This document shows, piece by piece, positions 49,967 to 59,707 of a stretch of 64,000 nt of DNA. Where the stretch lies: positions 1,385-65,384 of the forward strand of contig JAGNQL010000002.1 in assembly GCA_017989135.1 (NCBI GenBank). The letters are read 5' to 3'. Made by a program: the position numbers and the translations under genes. How positions within the stretch are numbered: the stretch's first letter is position 1; each line of letters begins with the position of its first letter. This stretch comes from Burkholderiales bacterium. Its GTDB lineage: Bacteria; Pseudomonadota; Gammaproteobacteria; Burkholderiales; Casimicrobiaceae. The notes under the pieces were generated by a model. The model saw only the letters and a program-made list of their open reading frames with translations. It was not told the DNA's origin and did no database searches.

Positions 49967-50734
49967 CTATCGGCCGAACGCAGCGTCGCCGACGATGGTG
50001 TTTACGAGGCGGCCGATGCCGTCGATTTCGGTGATGACTTCGTTGCCAACGTTGACGTTCACGACGCCGTCTGGCGTGCCAGTGAGGATGACGTCGCCCG
50101 CTTGTAGTGTCATGAAGCTGCTGAGGTATTCGATCAGCGCTGGGATGTCGTTGATCATGGCGGCGGTGTTGCCTTGCTGCGTGACCTTGCCGTTCACCAA
50201 CGTGCGCAGCGCCAAGGCATGCGGGTCGGGCACATCCGCAGCGTCCACAAACCACGGGCCGAGTACGGTGCAGGTGTCGCGGTTCTTCACGCGCAGATTC
50301 GGGCGGTACCAGTTCTCAAGGTAATCGCGAATCGCGTAGTCGTTGCAGACGGTATAGCCCGCGACGTGCTTCATCGCGTCGGCGCGCTTCACGTTCTTCG
50401 CGGTCGCGCCGATAACTACTGCGAGCTCGCATTCGTAGTGCATGAAGGTCGCGTCATTCGGCCGGCGCGTGAAGCCGCGATGCCCGATCACCGCGCCAGG
50501 CCCCTTCAGGAAAACAAGTGGTTCATCTTTGCTGGTGACGGTCAGCTCTTTCGACAGTTCTTTGACGTGATCGGCGTAGTTCAAGCCAAGCGCGATGATG
50601 GTGCCGACTTCAAATGGCGGCAGCCACACAACCTCGGATTCCGAAACGACGCGCCCGTCGGCGAGACGCACGCCATCGGCATGTGCTGTGGCGTCGTGTA
50701 GTGCGCCACCGTAAGCAACACGTGCGGTCTTCAT
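49967..50734 (-). CDS. hpaG: FAH-family protein, HpaG C-terminal subunit
   Basis: ALGLNYADH, MHYECEL, CNDYAIRDYLENWYRPNLRVK, ILTGTP. Confidence 0.88.
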   Translation of the reverse strand: MKTARVAYGGALHDATAHADGVRLADGRVVSESEVVWLPPFEVGTIIALGLNYADHVKELSKELTVTSKDEPLVFLKGPGAVIGHRGFTRRPNDATFMHYECELAVVIGATAKNVKRADAMKHVAGYTVCNDYAIRDYLENWYRPNLRVKNRDTCTVLGPWFVDAADVPDPHALALRTLVNGKVTQQGNTAAMINDIPALIEYLSSFMTLQAGDVILTGTPDGVVNVNVGNEVITEIDGIGRLVNTIVGDAAFGR

Positions 50735-51444
50735 GCGGCGTGCTCCTGCGTCGTTGCTTCTTGGACAATCGAGCCTTCAAGCCGACCGAGTTCGCTCACG
50801 TCGCTTTCTATCGCTAAGCGCTGTCCCACACGCACGCGTGGTGCGCCTGCGGCAACGCCCAGCAGCAGCACATCACCCGCACGTAGCGTCATGAAATCGG
50901 TCACCTCGGCGATCAGGCGCGCGACCGAACGCTGCATGCCCGCGTTGCTTGCGCTGTGCACAACTTGGCCATCGACGCTCACGCGCAAGGTCAACCTGTC
51001 AGGCGAAGCAATTTGGTTGCAAGAGACGACGCGTGGGCCGAAGACGCACGAACCGTCACGCGCTTTGAAGCGCACCGACGGACGATAAAAACTGTCGTGC
51101 GGCACCGAAAGGTCCGCGACCAACGTGTAGCCCGCAAGATGGGCGATGGCGTCGGCCTCGCTCACGCGGCACGCCGTTCGCACAAACACCAAACCGAGTG
51201 AGGCGCCGATTTCGAATTCACCCGCGTCGTCGGGAACTGCGACAGTCGATCCGGAATTGGCAAGCGTGTTGCGTGGCTTCACGTAGAGCACCGGCGCTTT
51301 CGGCGCGGCTTTGTAAGGCGGTTGATTCGCGGCGTCGCCGATGGCAGCGAGCGCGGCGCGGTCGTTAAGAAGCGTGCCGTAGACAACGCCCGACAAGCGC
51401 CACGGCGCGGTGTCAAACGAAATGCGTGGGTTGAAGACTGCCAT
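50731..51444 (-). CDS. hpaG: FAH-family protein, HpaG N-terminal subunit
   Basis: VYGTLLN, PPYKAAPKAPVLYVKPRNT, SFYRPSVRFKARDG. Confidence 0.85.
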   Translation of the reverse strand: MAVFNPRISFDTAPWRLSGVVYGTLLNDRAALAAIGDAANQPPYKAAPKAPVLYVKPRNTLANSGSTVAVPDDAGEFEIGASLGLVFVRTACRVSEADAIAHLAGYTLVADLSVPHDSFYRPSVRFKARDGSCVFGPRVVSCNQIASPDRLTLRVSVDGQVVHSASNAGMQRSVARLIAEVTDFMTLRAGDVLLLGVAAGAPRVRVGQRLAIESDVSELGRLEGSIVQEATTQEHAA

Positions 51445-51466
51445 GAGATTGCGCCTGCGTCGCCTT

Positions 51467-51550
51467 ATTCGCTAATATGTTAGCAATATATTCCTGCCGT
51501 GCTTCGCGTGTCAAGCGTGCCGACCGAACCGCGCAAATTCGCTAATATGT
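51467..51550. promoter_or_regulatory. Two probable HpaR operators
   Basis: 14-bp direct repeat attcgctaatatgt at 51467 and 51537; the first extends to the palindrome GCTAA-N4-TTAGC. Confidence 0.65.
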
Positions 51551-51572
51551 GACCGTTCTCACGTGTCGAACT

Positions 51573-52034
51573 ATGACCAAACCAAGCGCACCGATCACAC
51601 ACCGCAATTTGCCGCTCTTGCTGTTGCAAGCGCGCGAGCATGTGATCTCGCGCTTTCGGCCGATTCTCAATGCGCACGACATCACTGAACAGCAGTGGCG
51701 CATTGTGCGCGCGATCTTGGAGCGCGGGCCGATGGAGCCGCGCGAAATCGTAACGTTGTGTTGCATTTCGAGCCCGAGCCTCGCGGGCGTGCTCACGCGC
51801 ATGGAGGAAACTGGCTACGTGATGCGCGAGCGTTTGTCGCACGATCAACGCCGCGTGAAGGTCTCGCTCACCGCAAAGAGCCGCGCGCTTGCCACGCGCA
51901 TCGCGCCGAAAATCGAAGCCGCGTATGCGGACCTCGAGGCGCAAATCGGCCCCGAATTTTCTGGGCAGTTTTACGACGCGCTGGATCGGATGATTGCGAC
52001 GCTTCAGATCGAGGGCGGCGACAGCGAAGCATGA
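51573..52034 (+). CDS. hpaR: MarR-family homoprotocatechuate pathway repressor
   Basis: HRNLPLLLLQARE..FRPIL...ITEQQWRI, SPSLAGVLTRME, DQRR; divergent from the hpa operon. Confidence 0.9.
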   Translation: MTKPSAPITHRNLPLLLLQAREHVISRFRPILNAHDITEQQWRIVRAILERGPMEPREIVTLCCISSPSLAGVLTRMEETGYVMRERLSHDQRRVKVSLTAKSRALATRIAPKIEAAYADLEAQIGPEFSGQFYDALDRMIATLQIEGGDSEA

Positions 52035-52048
52035 ACTGCGGAGGCGAG

Positions 52049-52843
52049 CTACAGCTCACCAATTGACTGGCGCAATCGCTTCGCCAATTCCATCAACGGC
52101 TCACGCAATCGTGCCACAACCTCGTTCGGTTCGCCGTCGCCAGTGACGCTCATATTTAGGACGTAAACCGATTGGTTTTCAGCGACGAGTGGCGTGGATA
52201 GCGCCACCACCTGCGGTTGCCATGAGGCCCAGCAATAACCGTGCACAGCGACACTTTCGATCGCCGCCTCGATCTCCTGTTGTAGCGACCGCCACGTCGT
52301 TGGACGCCGTTGCTTGAACACTCGGAAAAGTTCACGTCGCACCTCAACAGAGGCGGTGGACAGCCACGCGCGCCCGAGCGAGGTCAGTTCCATCGGCACG
52401 CGCTGACCGGCGACCACGTTGCGCCACGAAACGCGGCGACTGTAGCGCACTGATTCCAGATAGACCATTTCGCCGCGATCCGCAACTGCGAGGCCGACGT
52501 TGATCTTTCTCGCTTCCGCTTCCTTTCGAATCAGCGGGCTCGCGATTTGCAGCACTGGCGAGCCTGTGCGCATCGCATGCGCGAGACTCAACACCGGCGC
52601 GGCCAAGCGGTAGGCGCGGTGCCGCCGATCGTGCTCAAGCATGCCCGCATCAACGAGCGTCTGCGCTAATCGGCTCACCGTTGCACGGGATAGACCGGTG
52701 CGTTCCGCCAATTCGCCGTTACCTAATAAATCAGCACCGGGCTTGAACGCACGCAGGACCTCAATACCACGCGCAAGCGAACGATTGCGATCGCTTGTCA
52801 CTGGTGTGTTCTCTAGTTTTGCTGTGCGCACGCTGACCACCAT
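52049..52843 (-). CDS. IclR family regulator
   Basis: NRSLARGIEVLRAF, ELAERTGLSRATVSRL, MVYLES, TSLGRAWL. Confidence 0.9.
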   Translation of the reverse strand: MVVSVRTAKLENTPVTSDRNRSLARGIEVLRAFKPGADLLGNGELAERTGLSRATVSRLAQTLVDAGMLEHDRRHRAYRLAAPVLSLAHAMRTGSPVLQIASPLIRKEAEARKINVGLAVADRGEMVYLESVRYSRRVSWRNVVAGQRVPMELTSLGRAWLSTASVEVRRELFRVFKQRRPTTWRSLQQEIEAAIESVAVHGYCWASWQPQVVALSTPLVAENQSVYVLNMSVTGDGEPNEVVARLREPLMELAKRLRQSIGEL

Positions 52844-52873
52844 AGTTCGCAATTCAGTAGACGTCCTCGCCCG

Positions 52874-52896
52874 CTATTTCCACCTGATGGAAATAG
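52874..52896. promoter_or_regulatory. Probable IclR operator
   Basis: Perfect inverted repeat CTATTTCCA-N5-TGGAAATAG in the divergent promoter region. Confidence 0.7.
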
Positions 52897-53004
52897 GTGG
52901 ATGCATGGCGCAAGTATGCACCCTATGCTCCGGAGATCAAAGTGACGCGTTTTCCGATGTAACAACGCAAGCGCTCACCATTCAAGACACTCAGGAGGCA
53001 ATGC

Positions 53005-53985
53005 ATGTCACACCCATTTAGGCAAACAGTCGTCCACCGAGTCTGGCTCGCACTGGCGCTCACACTATCACTATCGACGCTCGCGCACGCTGACTTTCCA
53101 GACAAACCCGTTCGCCTCATCGTGCCATTCGCACCGGGCGGCGGCACCGACCTCATCGCGCGCACGTTGGCCGGGGGCATGCAGCAAGCGCTCGGGCAGC
53201 CCGTGATCGTAGAGAACAAGCCCGGCGGCGGCACGGTCATCGGCAGCGATATGGTGGCGAAAAGCGCCCCCGATGGTTACACGTTGGTTGTAGCGACGTT
53301 CGCGCACGCTGTGAATCCAAACCTGCTGCAAAAGCTTCCGTTCGACACCAGCAAGGCGTTTGCCCCCGTGATTCTTTTGGGTCGCGGTCCAAACGTGTTG
53401 GTGGTGCGCGCCGAAAGCCCGTACAAGAGCGTGAACGATGTGATCATCGCGGCGAAAGCTAATCCTGGAAAATTGACCTACGCGTCGCAAGGGAAAGGCA
53501 CGTCCGCGCACCTAGCTGGCGAGATGTTTGCCAATCTTGCGAAGGTTGAAATGCTCCACATCCCCTACCGCGGCGCGGGTCCAGCGATCACCGATCTGCT
53601 GGGCGGATCGGTGGATATGATCTTCGGCACCGCTGCCGCTGTCTCAACATTTGTGGACGCGGGTAAGCTACGCGCGCTCGGGGTTACATCGCCGCAGCCT
53701 TCACCGGCGCTTAAAGGCGTGCCCGCGATTGCCGACACTGTACCCGGCTATCAGACTGAGAGCTGGTACGGCCTCTACGCCCCGGCTGGCACGCCGAAAG
53801 ACGTGATCGCGAAGCTCAATGCAGCGGCAGCGAAGGCCACGCAAAGCGCTGATTTCCGAAAGAAGGTTGAGCAAGAAGGTCTTGTGATTAGCGCCGGAAC
53901 ACCTGCGGAATTGGACACATACGTTCGCGCAGAAGAAGTGCGCTGGAAGAAAATCATCAAAGAAAACAACATCAAGGCCGATTAA
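53005..53985 (+). CDS. Bug/TctC substrate-binding protein
   Basis: FPDKPVRLIVPFAPGGGTD, ENKPGGG, HIPYRG. Confidence 0.92.
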   Translation: MSHPFRQTVVHRVWLALALTLSLSTLAHADFPDKPVRLIVPFAPGGGTDLIARTLAGGMQQALGQPVIVENKPGGGTVIGSDMVAKSAPDGYTLVVATFAHAVNPNLLQKLPFDTSKAFAPVILLGRGPNVLVVRAESPYKSVNDVIIAAKANPGKLTYASQGKGTSAHLAGEMFANLAKVEMLHIPYRGAGPAITDLLGGSVDMIFGTAAAVSTFVDAGKLRALGVTSPQPSPALKGVPAIADTVPGYQTESWYGLYAPAGTPKDVIAKLNAAAAKATQSADFRKKVEQEGLVISAGTPAELDTYVRAEEVRWKKIIKENNIKAD

Positions 53986-54009
53986 GACGCGCGCTTCGCG
54001 GAGTTACCC

Positions 54010-54801
54010 ATGACCTATTCATTGATCGACTTTCAGCTACAAAACGCAATCGCCACGATAACGCTCAACCGCCCCGAAAAGCGAAATGCGATGAGCGACG
54101 ATATGCGTACCGAATTCATCGATGCGTTGGAGCGTGTCGCTGCAGACAAAACGATACGCGCACTCGTTCTCACCGGCGCTGGCAAGGGCTTTTGCGCAGG
54201 TGGCGACATCTCCGGAATGGAGCGTCGTCTCACAGCGCCCACGGGCGAAGTCGCCTTCAACGGGTGGCATCGCCAACAGCGAGTACACCATACGCAATCT
54301 CTGTTGCACACAATGCCGAAGCCTGTCATCGCCGCAGTGAACGGTGCAGCTTCCGGACTCGGCGCCGACACCGCGCTGGCCTGCGATTTCATCATCGCAA
54401 GCGAATGGGCCAGCTTCACTTGGTCATACATTCATCGAGGGATCATTCCCGATGGCGGCGGCATGTATTTTCTGCCGCGTCGAGTGGGACTTTCAAAAGC
54501 GAAAGAGTTAATTTTTTCGGGCCGCAAAGTGGATGCAGCGGAGGCCCTTGCGCTAGGTATCGCCGACCGCAAAACTTCAGCCGATTCGCTATCGGCGGAC
54601 GCTCAAGCGTGGGCCGCGGAGCTGAGCCAAGGCTCGGCCACAGCACTTGCCTTGAGCAAAACAATCATGAACCAGACCTTCGAGATGACGGCGCAGCAAG
54701 TCTTCGCGCAAGGCAGCCAGGCCCAGGGCATTTGCTACACAAGCAGCGAACACCGGCAATCGGTCGAGGCTTTCCTCGCCAAAGCCGCAAAGCAGGCTTA
54801 A
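54010..54801 (+). CDS. Enoyl-CoA hydratase/isomerase (crotonase) family protein
   Basis: ITLNRPEKRNA, FCAGGDI, KPVIAAVNG, GIIPDGGG. Confidence 0.92.
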   Translation: MTYSLIDFQLQNAIATITLNRPEKRNAMSDDMRTEFIDALERVAADKTIRALVLTGAGKGFCAGGDISGMERRLTAPTGEVAFNGWHRQQRVHHTQSLLHTMPKPVIAAVNGAASGLGADTALACDFIIASEWASFTWSYIHRGIIPDGGGMYFLPRRVGLSKAKELIFSGRKVDAAEALALGIADRKTSADSLSADAQAWAAELSQGSATALALSKTIMNQTFEMTAQQVFAQGSQAQGICYTSSEHRQSVEAFLAKAAKQA

Positions 54802-54806
54802 TCACT

Positions 54807-56891
54807 ATGGATGCGATATCAAGGCTTTTGAAGCCACGCAGCGTTGCCATCATCGGTGCATCGGCGGACGCGGCGAAGACGTCAGGGCGACCTGTTTCTT
54901 ATTTAGTCAAACATGGCTTTGCAGGTGCAATTTATCCGGTGAATCCGAAGGTAAATCGCATCGGCGAATTGACCTGTTATCCCGACATCAAATCGTTGCC
55001 CACGGTGCCGGATGTAGCCATTGTGTTGCTCGCCGCGGAGCGCGCGCATCTGGAGGTGCGTGAACTCGCGGCACTAGGCACGGCAGCGGCCATCGTGTTG
55101 GCAAGCGGATACGCGGAGACTGACGAAAGCGGCGCGCAACGACAAAGAGAGCTGCTAGAAGCGGCCGGACCAATGCGCTTGCTTGGTCCGAACACAATTG
55201 GTTTGGTGAACCTGACCGACGACATTGTGCTGTCCGCAAGCGGCGCGCTCGACATGGCGCACTTTCGCGCCGGTTCTGTGGGCGTGGTGTCGCAAAGTGG
55301 CGGCATTCTTGGAGCGTTGCTTTCACGCGCCGAAGCGCGAGGCATGGGGCTCTCCAAACTCATTTCGACGAGCAATGAGGCAGACCTAGAACTCGCGGAC
55401 TTCATCGATTACTTGGTAGACGATGAAGCAACGAAAGTGATTGCGCTCTACGTCGAAGCGATCCGCAATCCGACAAAGTTTCGCGCGGCAACGTTGCGCG
55501 CGGCGCGTGCGGCGAAACCTGTTGTCGCGTTCAAGATCGGCCGCTCCGAAGCGGGCGCCAAGGCTGCGGTTTCGCATACAGGGGCGATGGCTGGCGCGGA
55601 TCGAATGTACGACGCGCTGTTTCGACAAACGGGCGTCATCCGCGCGCAAACCTTCGGTGACTTGCTAGACGTTCCTGCAGCGTTGGCCACGGCACGCACG
55701 CTACGCGGTAAGCGTGTGGCTGTTCTCACGTCGACCGGAGGCGCGGGCACGCTGGTGTCTGACGCCATCGGCGTGGCCGGGTTCGACACGCCCGCGCCGG
55801 ACGCTGAGACAGCGGCAGCGTTACGTGCGCTACAAACAGGCGAGCACGCCGCGCTTGACCGCAACCCGATTGACGTCACCCTCGCCGGTCTGCAGCCGGA
55901 TTTACTGCGTGGTGCCATCAAAATTTTGCTCGCGAGTCCGACCTACGATGCGCTCATCATTATCGTTGGCTCGTCGGGCATCGGACGCCCTGAGTTGATG
56001 GCGGGCGCAATTGAAGCCTGTCTACCACTCTCTGACAAGCCAGTGCTCGCGTTCGTGAGCCCGCACGCGCCGGAAGCCGCCGCACTGCTCACGGCGCGTG
56101 GCGTTCCCGCGTACACCGCGGCGGAGAGCTGCGCGTCGGCGTTGACGGGCATGTTGCACGCGTCAAACTGGGCCGCATCTGAAGCGGGTACGCCCGGCGC
56201 AGTCGTTACGGTCGGTGATCTGCCCGGAGGTTCGCTCGACGAAGCGCAGGCGAAACAATTGTTCGCACATTTCGGCATCCCTTGCGTGCACGAGCACGTC
56301 GTGGAGACTTCGCTCCAAGCCGAGCTTGTCGCCAGAGAGTTTGGCGGCAACGTTGTGCTGAAAATATTGTCGAACACGATCACGCACAAGAGCGATGTAG
56401 GCGGCGTCGCAGTCAATGTTGCGAGCGAACGCATCGGCGCGCGCCTCGCAACGATGGTGACCGACGTTGAGCGCGCAACAGGGGAACGACCAACCCGATT
56501 TCTCGTGCAAGAAATGGTCACTGACGGCACCGAACTAATCCTCGGCATGCACCGTGATCCGCTCGGCACAGCGATTCTCTTGGGGATGGGCGGCGTTACT
56601 GCGGAATTGTTTGAGGACACGGCGCTTTGCATGTTGCCGACCGAAGGCGGCCTGTCGCGTGAACAAGCGCTCGGAATGGCGCGCAGTCTCAAAACCTGGC
56701 CGCTGCTCGATGGCTTCCGCGGCCGCCCAAAGGCGGACGTGGATGCGCTGGTTCACGCCATCGTGGACTTTTCGCGGATGGTTGCGCAGCTCGGCGACAC
56801 GTTAATTGAAGCGGAAATCAATCCCATCTTCGTTCTGGAAAACGGACGGGGCGTGCGCGCGGCGGACGGTGTCGCCATGCTCAACGGCTAA
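54807..56891 (+). CDS. Acetate/acyl-CoA ligase (ADP-forming) family protein
   Basis: Start at ATG 54807; PRSVAIIGAS, LGPNTIG, SQSGG, AVSHTGA (phospho-His), NPIDVT, HKSDVGGV, EINP. Confidence 0.92.
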   Translation: MDAISRLLKPRSVAIIGASADAAKTSGRPVSYLVKHGFAGAIYPVNPKVNRIGELTCYPDIKSLPTVPDVAIVLLAAERAHLEVRELAALGTAAAIVLASGYAETDESGAQRQRELLEAAGPMRLLGPNTIGLVNLTDDIVLSASGALDMAHFRAGSVGVVSQSGGILGALLSRAEARGMGLSKLISTSNEADLELADFIDYLVDDEATKVIALYVEAIRNPTKFRAATLRAARAAKPVVAFKIGRSEAGAKAAVSHTGAMAGADRMYDALFRQTGVIRAQTFGDLLDVPAALATARTLRGKRVAVLTSTGGAGTLVSDAIGVAGFDTPAPDAETAAALRALQTGEHAALDRNPIDVTLAGLQPDLLRGAIKILLASPTYDALIIIVGSSGIGRPELMAGAIEACLPLSDKPVLAFVSPHAPEAAALLTARGVPAYTAAESCASALTGMLHASNWAASEAGTPGAVVTVGDLPGGSLDEAQAKQLFAHFGIPCVHEHVVETSLQAELVAREFGGNVVLKILSNTITHKSDVGGVAVNVASERIGARLATMVTDVERATGERPTRFLVQEMVTDGTELILGMHRDPLGTAILLGMGGVTAELFEDTALCMLPTEGGLSREQALGMARSLKTWPLLDGFRGRPKADVDALVHAIVDFSRMVAQLGDTLIEAEINPIFVLENGRGVRAADGVAMLNG

Positions 56892-56914
56892 TCTCAACGC
56901 AACCGCGTGACGTA

Positions 56915-57039
56915 GTTTCAGCTTTTGCGCCCAGCGACCGTCTAACGAAGCTTTGCGGCCAATATTGCGATGTGTCGAGATACATAGTTTTGTTGGTATA
57001 ACGCCCGCCACGCAGTCGTTTGACGCATAAAGCTGTTAC
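56915..57039. repeat. ~126-bp palindromic intergenic element, copy E
   Basis: gtttcagcttttgcgcccagcgaccg...atgtgtcgagatacat...cagtcgtttgacgcataaagctgttac. Confidence 0.75.
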
Positions 57040-57135
57040 GCAATACATCGGAACAATTGACGCATGCGTCATACGCAGCCCGCTAGACTGCATCGCACTG
57101 TGCCACGTGCACCCTTGCTGCCTAGGAGCCCAACG

Positions 57136-58860
57136 ATGTCACGCAATCTTTCCCGATCGCTGCTGCTAACAAGCCTCACTCTCGTGTGGTCCAGCGCGCC
57201 GCACGCCGCGTCCATCGCGCCCGTCGCCGCAGAAAACGGCATGGTGGTGACGGCCCAACATCTTGCGACGAAGATCGGCGTAGATGTGCTCAAGAACGGC
57301 GGCAACGCGGTGGACGCAGCGGTTGCCGTGGGCTACGCGCTCGCGGTGGTGTATCCGGCGGCGGGCAATTTGGGCGGCGGCGGCTTCATGACCGTGCAGC
57401 TTGCCGACGGGCGCAAGACTTTCTTGGACTTCCGCGAGAAGGCGCCGCTCGCAGCGACGGCCAACATGTATCTCGACAAAGACGGCAACGTGATCAAGGG
57501 GGCGAGCACGACCGGACACCTCGCCGTCGCGGTGCCGGGCTCGGTGTCGGGTTTTGAGATGGCGCGCGCGAAGTACGGCACGATGCCGCGCGCTGCGTTG
57601 ATCGCGCCCGCAATCAGGCACGCAGAAGAAGGCTTCGTGTTGCAGCAAGGCGACGTGGATATCTTGCGCGTGGCGACGAACGACTTTCGCAAAGACCCAG
57701 CGTCCGCCGCGATTTTTTTGAACAAAAGCGAGGCATTCAACGTCGGCGAGAAGCTCGTGCAACCGGAGCTTGCGAACACGTTACGTTTGATCAGCGAAAA
57801 GGGCGAAGACGGTTTCTACAAGGGGCCAGTCGCGGCGGCGATCGTTGCGTCGAGCCAAGCCGGAAAAGGCATCATCTCGCAGGCCGACCTCGACCAATAC
57901 AAGACGCGCGAACTCAAACCGATTGAGTGCAACTACCGTGGCTACGGCGTCGTGTCTGCGCCGCCGCCTAGCTCTGGCGGCGTGATCATCTGCGAAATGC
58001 TCAACGTGCTTGAAGGCTACCCGCTGAAGGACTTGGGTTTCCGTTCAGCGCAAGCGGTGCACTACCAAGTCGAAGCGATGCGCCACGCCTACGTTGATCG
58101 CAACAGCTATCTCGGCGATCCGGACTTCGTCAGCAACCCGCTTGATCGTCTGCTCGACAAAGCATACGCAGCGAAGATTCGCGCAGTGATTGATCCTGCG
58201 AAGGCCGGTGTTTCACAAGCGATCAAACCCGGTGTTGCACCTCACGAGGGCACCAACACCACGCACTACTCCATCGTGGACAAATGGGGCAACGCGGTGG
58301 CTGTGACCTACACGCTCAACGATTGGTTCGGGGCGCGAGTCACCGCAGCGAAAACGGGCGTGTTGCTCAACAACGAGATGGACGACTTCACGGTAAAGAT
58401 CGGCGTACCGAATATTTACGGGCTGGTGCAAGGGCAAGCCAATTCGATTGCGCCGGGCAAACGACCGCTGAGCTCGATGAGCCCAACCATCGTGACCAAG
58501 GATGGCAAGCCTGTGTTGGTCGTGGGCACACCGGGCGGCAGCCGCATCATTACGGCCGTGCTGCACAGCATCCTGAACATGATCGACTACGGCATGAACG
58601 TGCAAGAAGCCGTTGACGCGCCGCGCTTTCATCAGCAGTGGCTGCCGGATTTGACCAACGTCGAGAACTTCGCATTGAGCCCCGACACGCGAAAAATCCT
58701 TGAAGGCATGGGGCACAAACTCGGTAATCCGCAGCCGCCAAACCACATGGCTGCGATCGTGGTCGGCGCTCCGACGTTGGGTGGAAAACCAGTCGGCAAC
58801 AATCGTTTCTACGGGGCGAATGACCCGCGGCGGAATACGGGCCTTGCAGCGGGGTACTAA
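57136..58860 (+). CDS. ggt: Gamma-glutamyltransferase
   Basis: RBS AGGAG; GGNAVDAAVA, LDFREKAP, autocleavage NTTHYS, LNNEMDDF, KRPLSSMSP, GTPGGSRII. Confidence 0.95.
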   Translation: MSRNLSRSLLLTSLTLVWSSAPHAASIAPVAAENGMVVTAQHLATKIGVDVLKNGGNAVDAAVAVGYALAVVYPAAGNLGGGGFMTVQLADGRKTFLDFREKAPLAATANMYLDKDGNVIKGASTTGHLAVAVPGSVSGFEMARAKYGTMPRAALIAPAIRHAEEGFVLQQGDVDILRVATNDFRKDPASAAIFLNKSEAFNVGEKLVQPELANTLRLISEKGEDGFYKGPVAAAIVASSQAGKGIISQADLDQYKTRELKPIECNYRGYGVVSAPPPSSGGVIICEMLNVLEGYPLKDLGFRSAQAVHYQVEAMRHAYVDRNSYLGDPDFVSNPLDRLLDKAYAAKIRAVIDPAKAGVSQAIKPGVAPHEGTNTTHYSIVDKWGNAVAVTYTLNDWFGARVTAAKTGVLLNNEMDDFTVKIGVPNIYGLVQGQANSIAPGKRPLSSMSPTIVTKDGKPVLVVGTPGGSRIITAVLHSILNMIDYGMNVQEAVDAPRFHQQWLPDLTNVENFALSPDTRKILEGMGHKLGNPQPPNHMAAIVVGAPTLGGKPVGNNRFYGANDPRRNTGLAAGY

Positions 58861-58867
58861 GCCGCGG

Positions 58868-59701
58868 TCAGTAGCTCAATCGCGCGACGGAGCGCAGCAC
58901 ATCCGGTGTCGTCGTGGGGAATCCGAAGAATTCAAGGTAGGCCGGGATTTGTTCGAACAACATATCGGTGCCAATCTGAATCGGACAGCCGCGCGCTTTC
59001 GCTACCGCTAGAAACGCGGTCATTTCCTTCTTCATCACGACTTCGCCGACAAAGGTCGTCGGTGCGATGCGCGACACATCCATCGGCAGTTCGTCGCCTT
59101 CGTTCATGCCCATCGGAGTAGCGTTGACCACAACGTCGTAGCCTGCCGGATCCTTTGATCCCGTGGTGACCTTCAACGCCGGGTAATGCTTGCGCAGGCG
59201 GCCTGCGAGACCTTCGCTCGACGCCGTGTTGACATCAAAGAGACCGATCTCGCCGACATGCGCCGCGGCGAACGAGGCGGCGATTGCGCAGCCGACACCG
59301 CCACTACCGACCACCAGTATGCGTGCGCCACCGAGCTTGACCCCTTTGCGCAGCACGCCGCGCACGAACCCGGCGCCGTCGAACATGTCTCCCAACAAGG
59401 TGCCGTCCGGCCGCAGCAACACGGCATTGCACGCGCCAGCAATTTGCGCCGTGGGCGAGACTTCATCGACGAGACCAGTCGTCGTCACCTTGTGCGGCAT
59501 CGTGATGAGCGCGCCGCGGATGTTGGTGAACTTGAAAATCGTGCGTAGAGCGGTCTCGAAGTCTTCCGGTTTCACACCCATTGGCACCACAACCGCGTCG
59601 ATTCCAGCTTGTTCGAAGTACGGGTTGTAGATCATCGGCGCTTTGAATGTGTGCGTCGGGTAGCCGATGTGGGCGATGAGTGTGGTGGTGCCGCGGATCA
59701 T
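58868..59701 (-). CDS. Shikimate dehydrogenase family protein (AroE-like paralogue)
   Basis: ITMPHK, GACNAV, GDMFDGAGF, GSGGVG, NATPMG. Confidence 0.88.
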   Translation of the reverse strand: MIRGTTTLIAHIGYPTHTFKAPMIYNPYFEQAGIDAVVVPMGVKPEDFETALRTIFKFTNIRGALITMPHKVTTTGLVDEVSPTAQIAGACNAVLLRPDGTLLGDMFDGAGFVRGVLRKGVKLGGARILVVGSGGVGCAIAASFAAAHVGEIGLFDVNTASSEGLAGRLRKHYPALKVTTGSKDPAGYDVVVNATPMGMNEGDELPMDVSRIAPTTFVGEVVMKKEMTAFLAVAKARGCPIQIGTDMLFEQIPAYLEFFGFPTTTPDVLRSVARLSY

Positions 59702-59707
59702 GGAACG

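Noticed and set aside
54192-54806. 205-codon upstream extension of the acyl-CoA ligase suggesting a frameshift fusion with the crotonase
   Set aside because: The extension is Arg/Ser-rich off-frame sequence; both genes are complete with their own start and stop
18978-58860. Apparent glutathione theme (fghA, peroxidase, two GSTs, ggt)
   Set aside because: The genes are scattered over 40 kb in unrelated operons, with no shared motif seen
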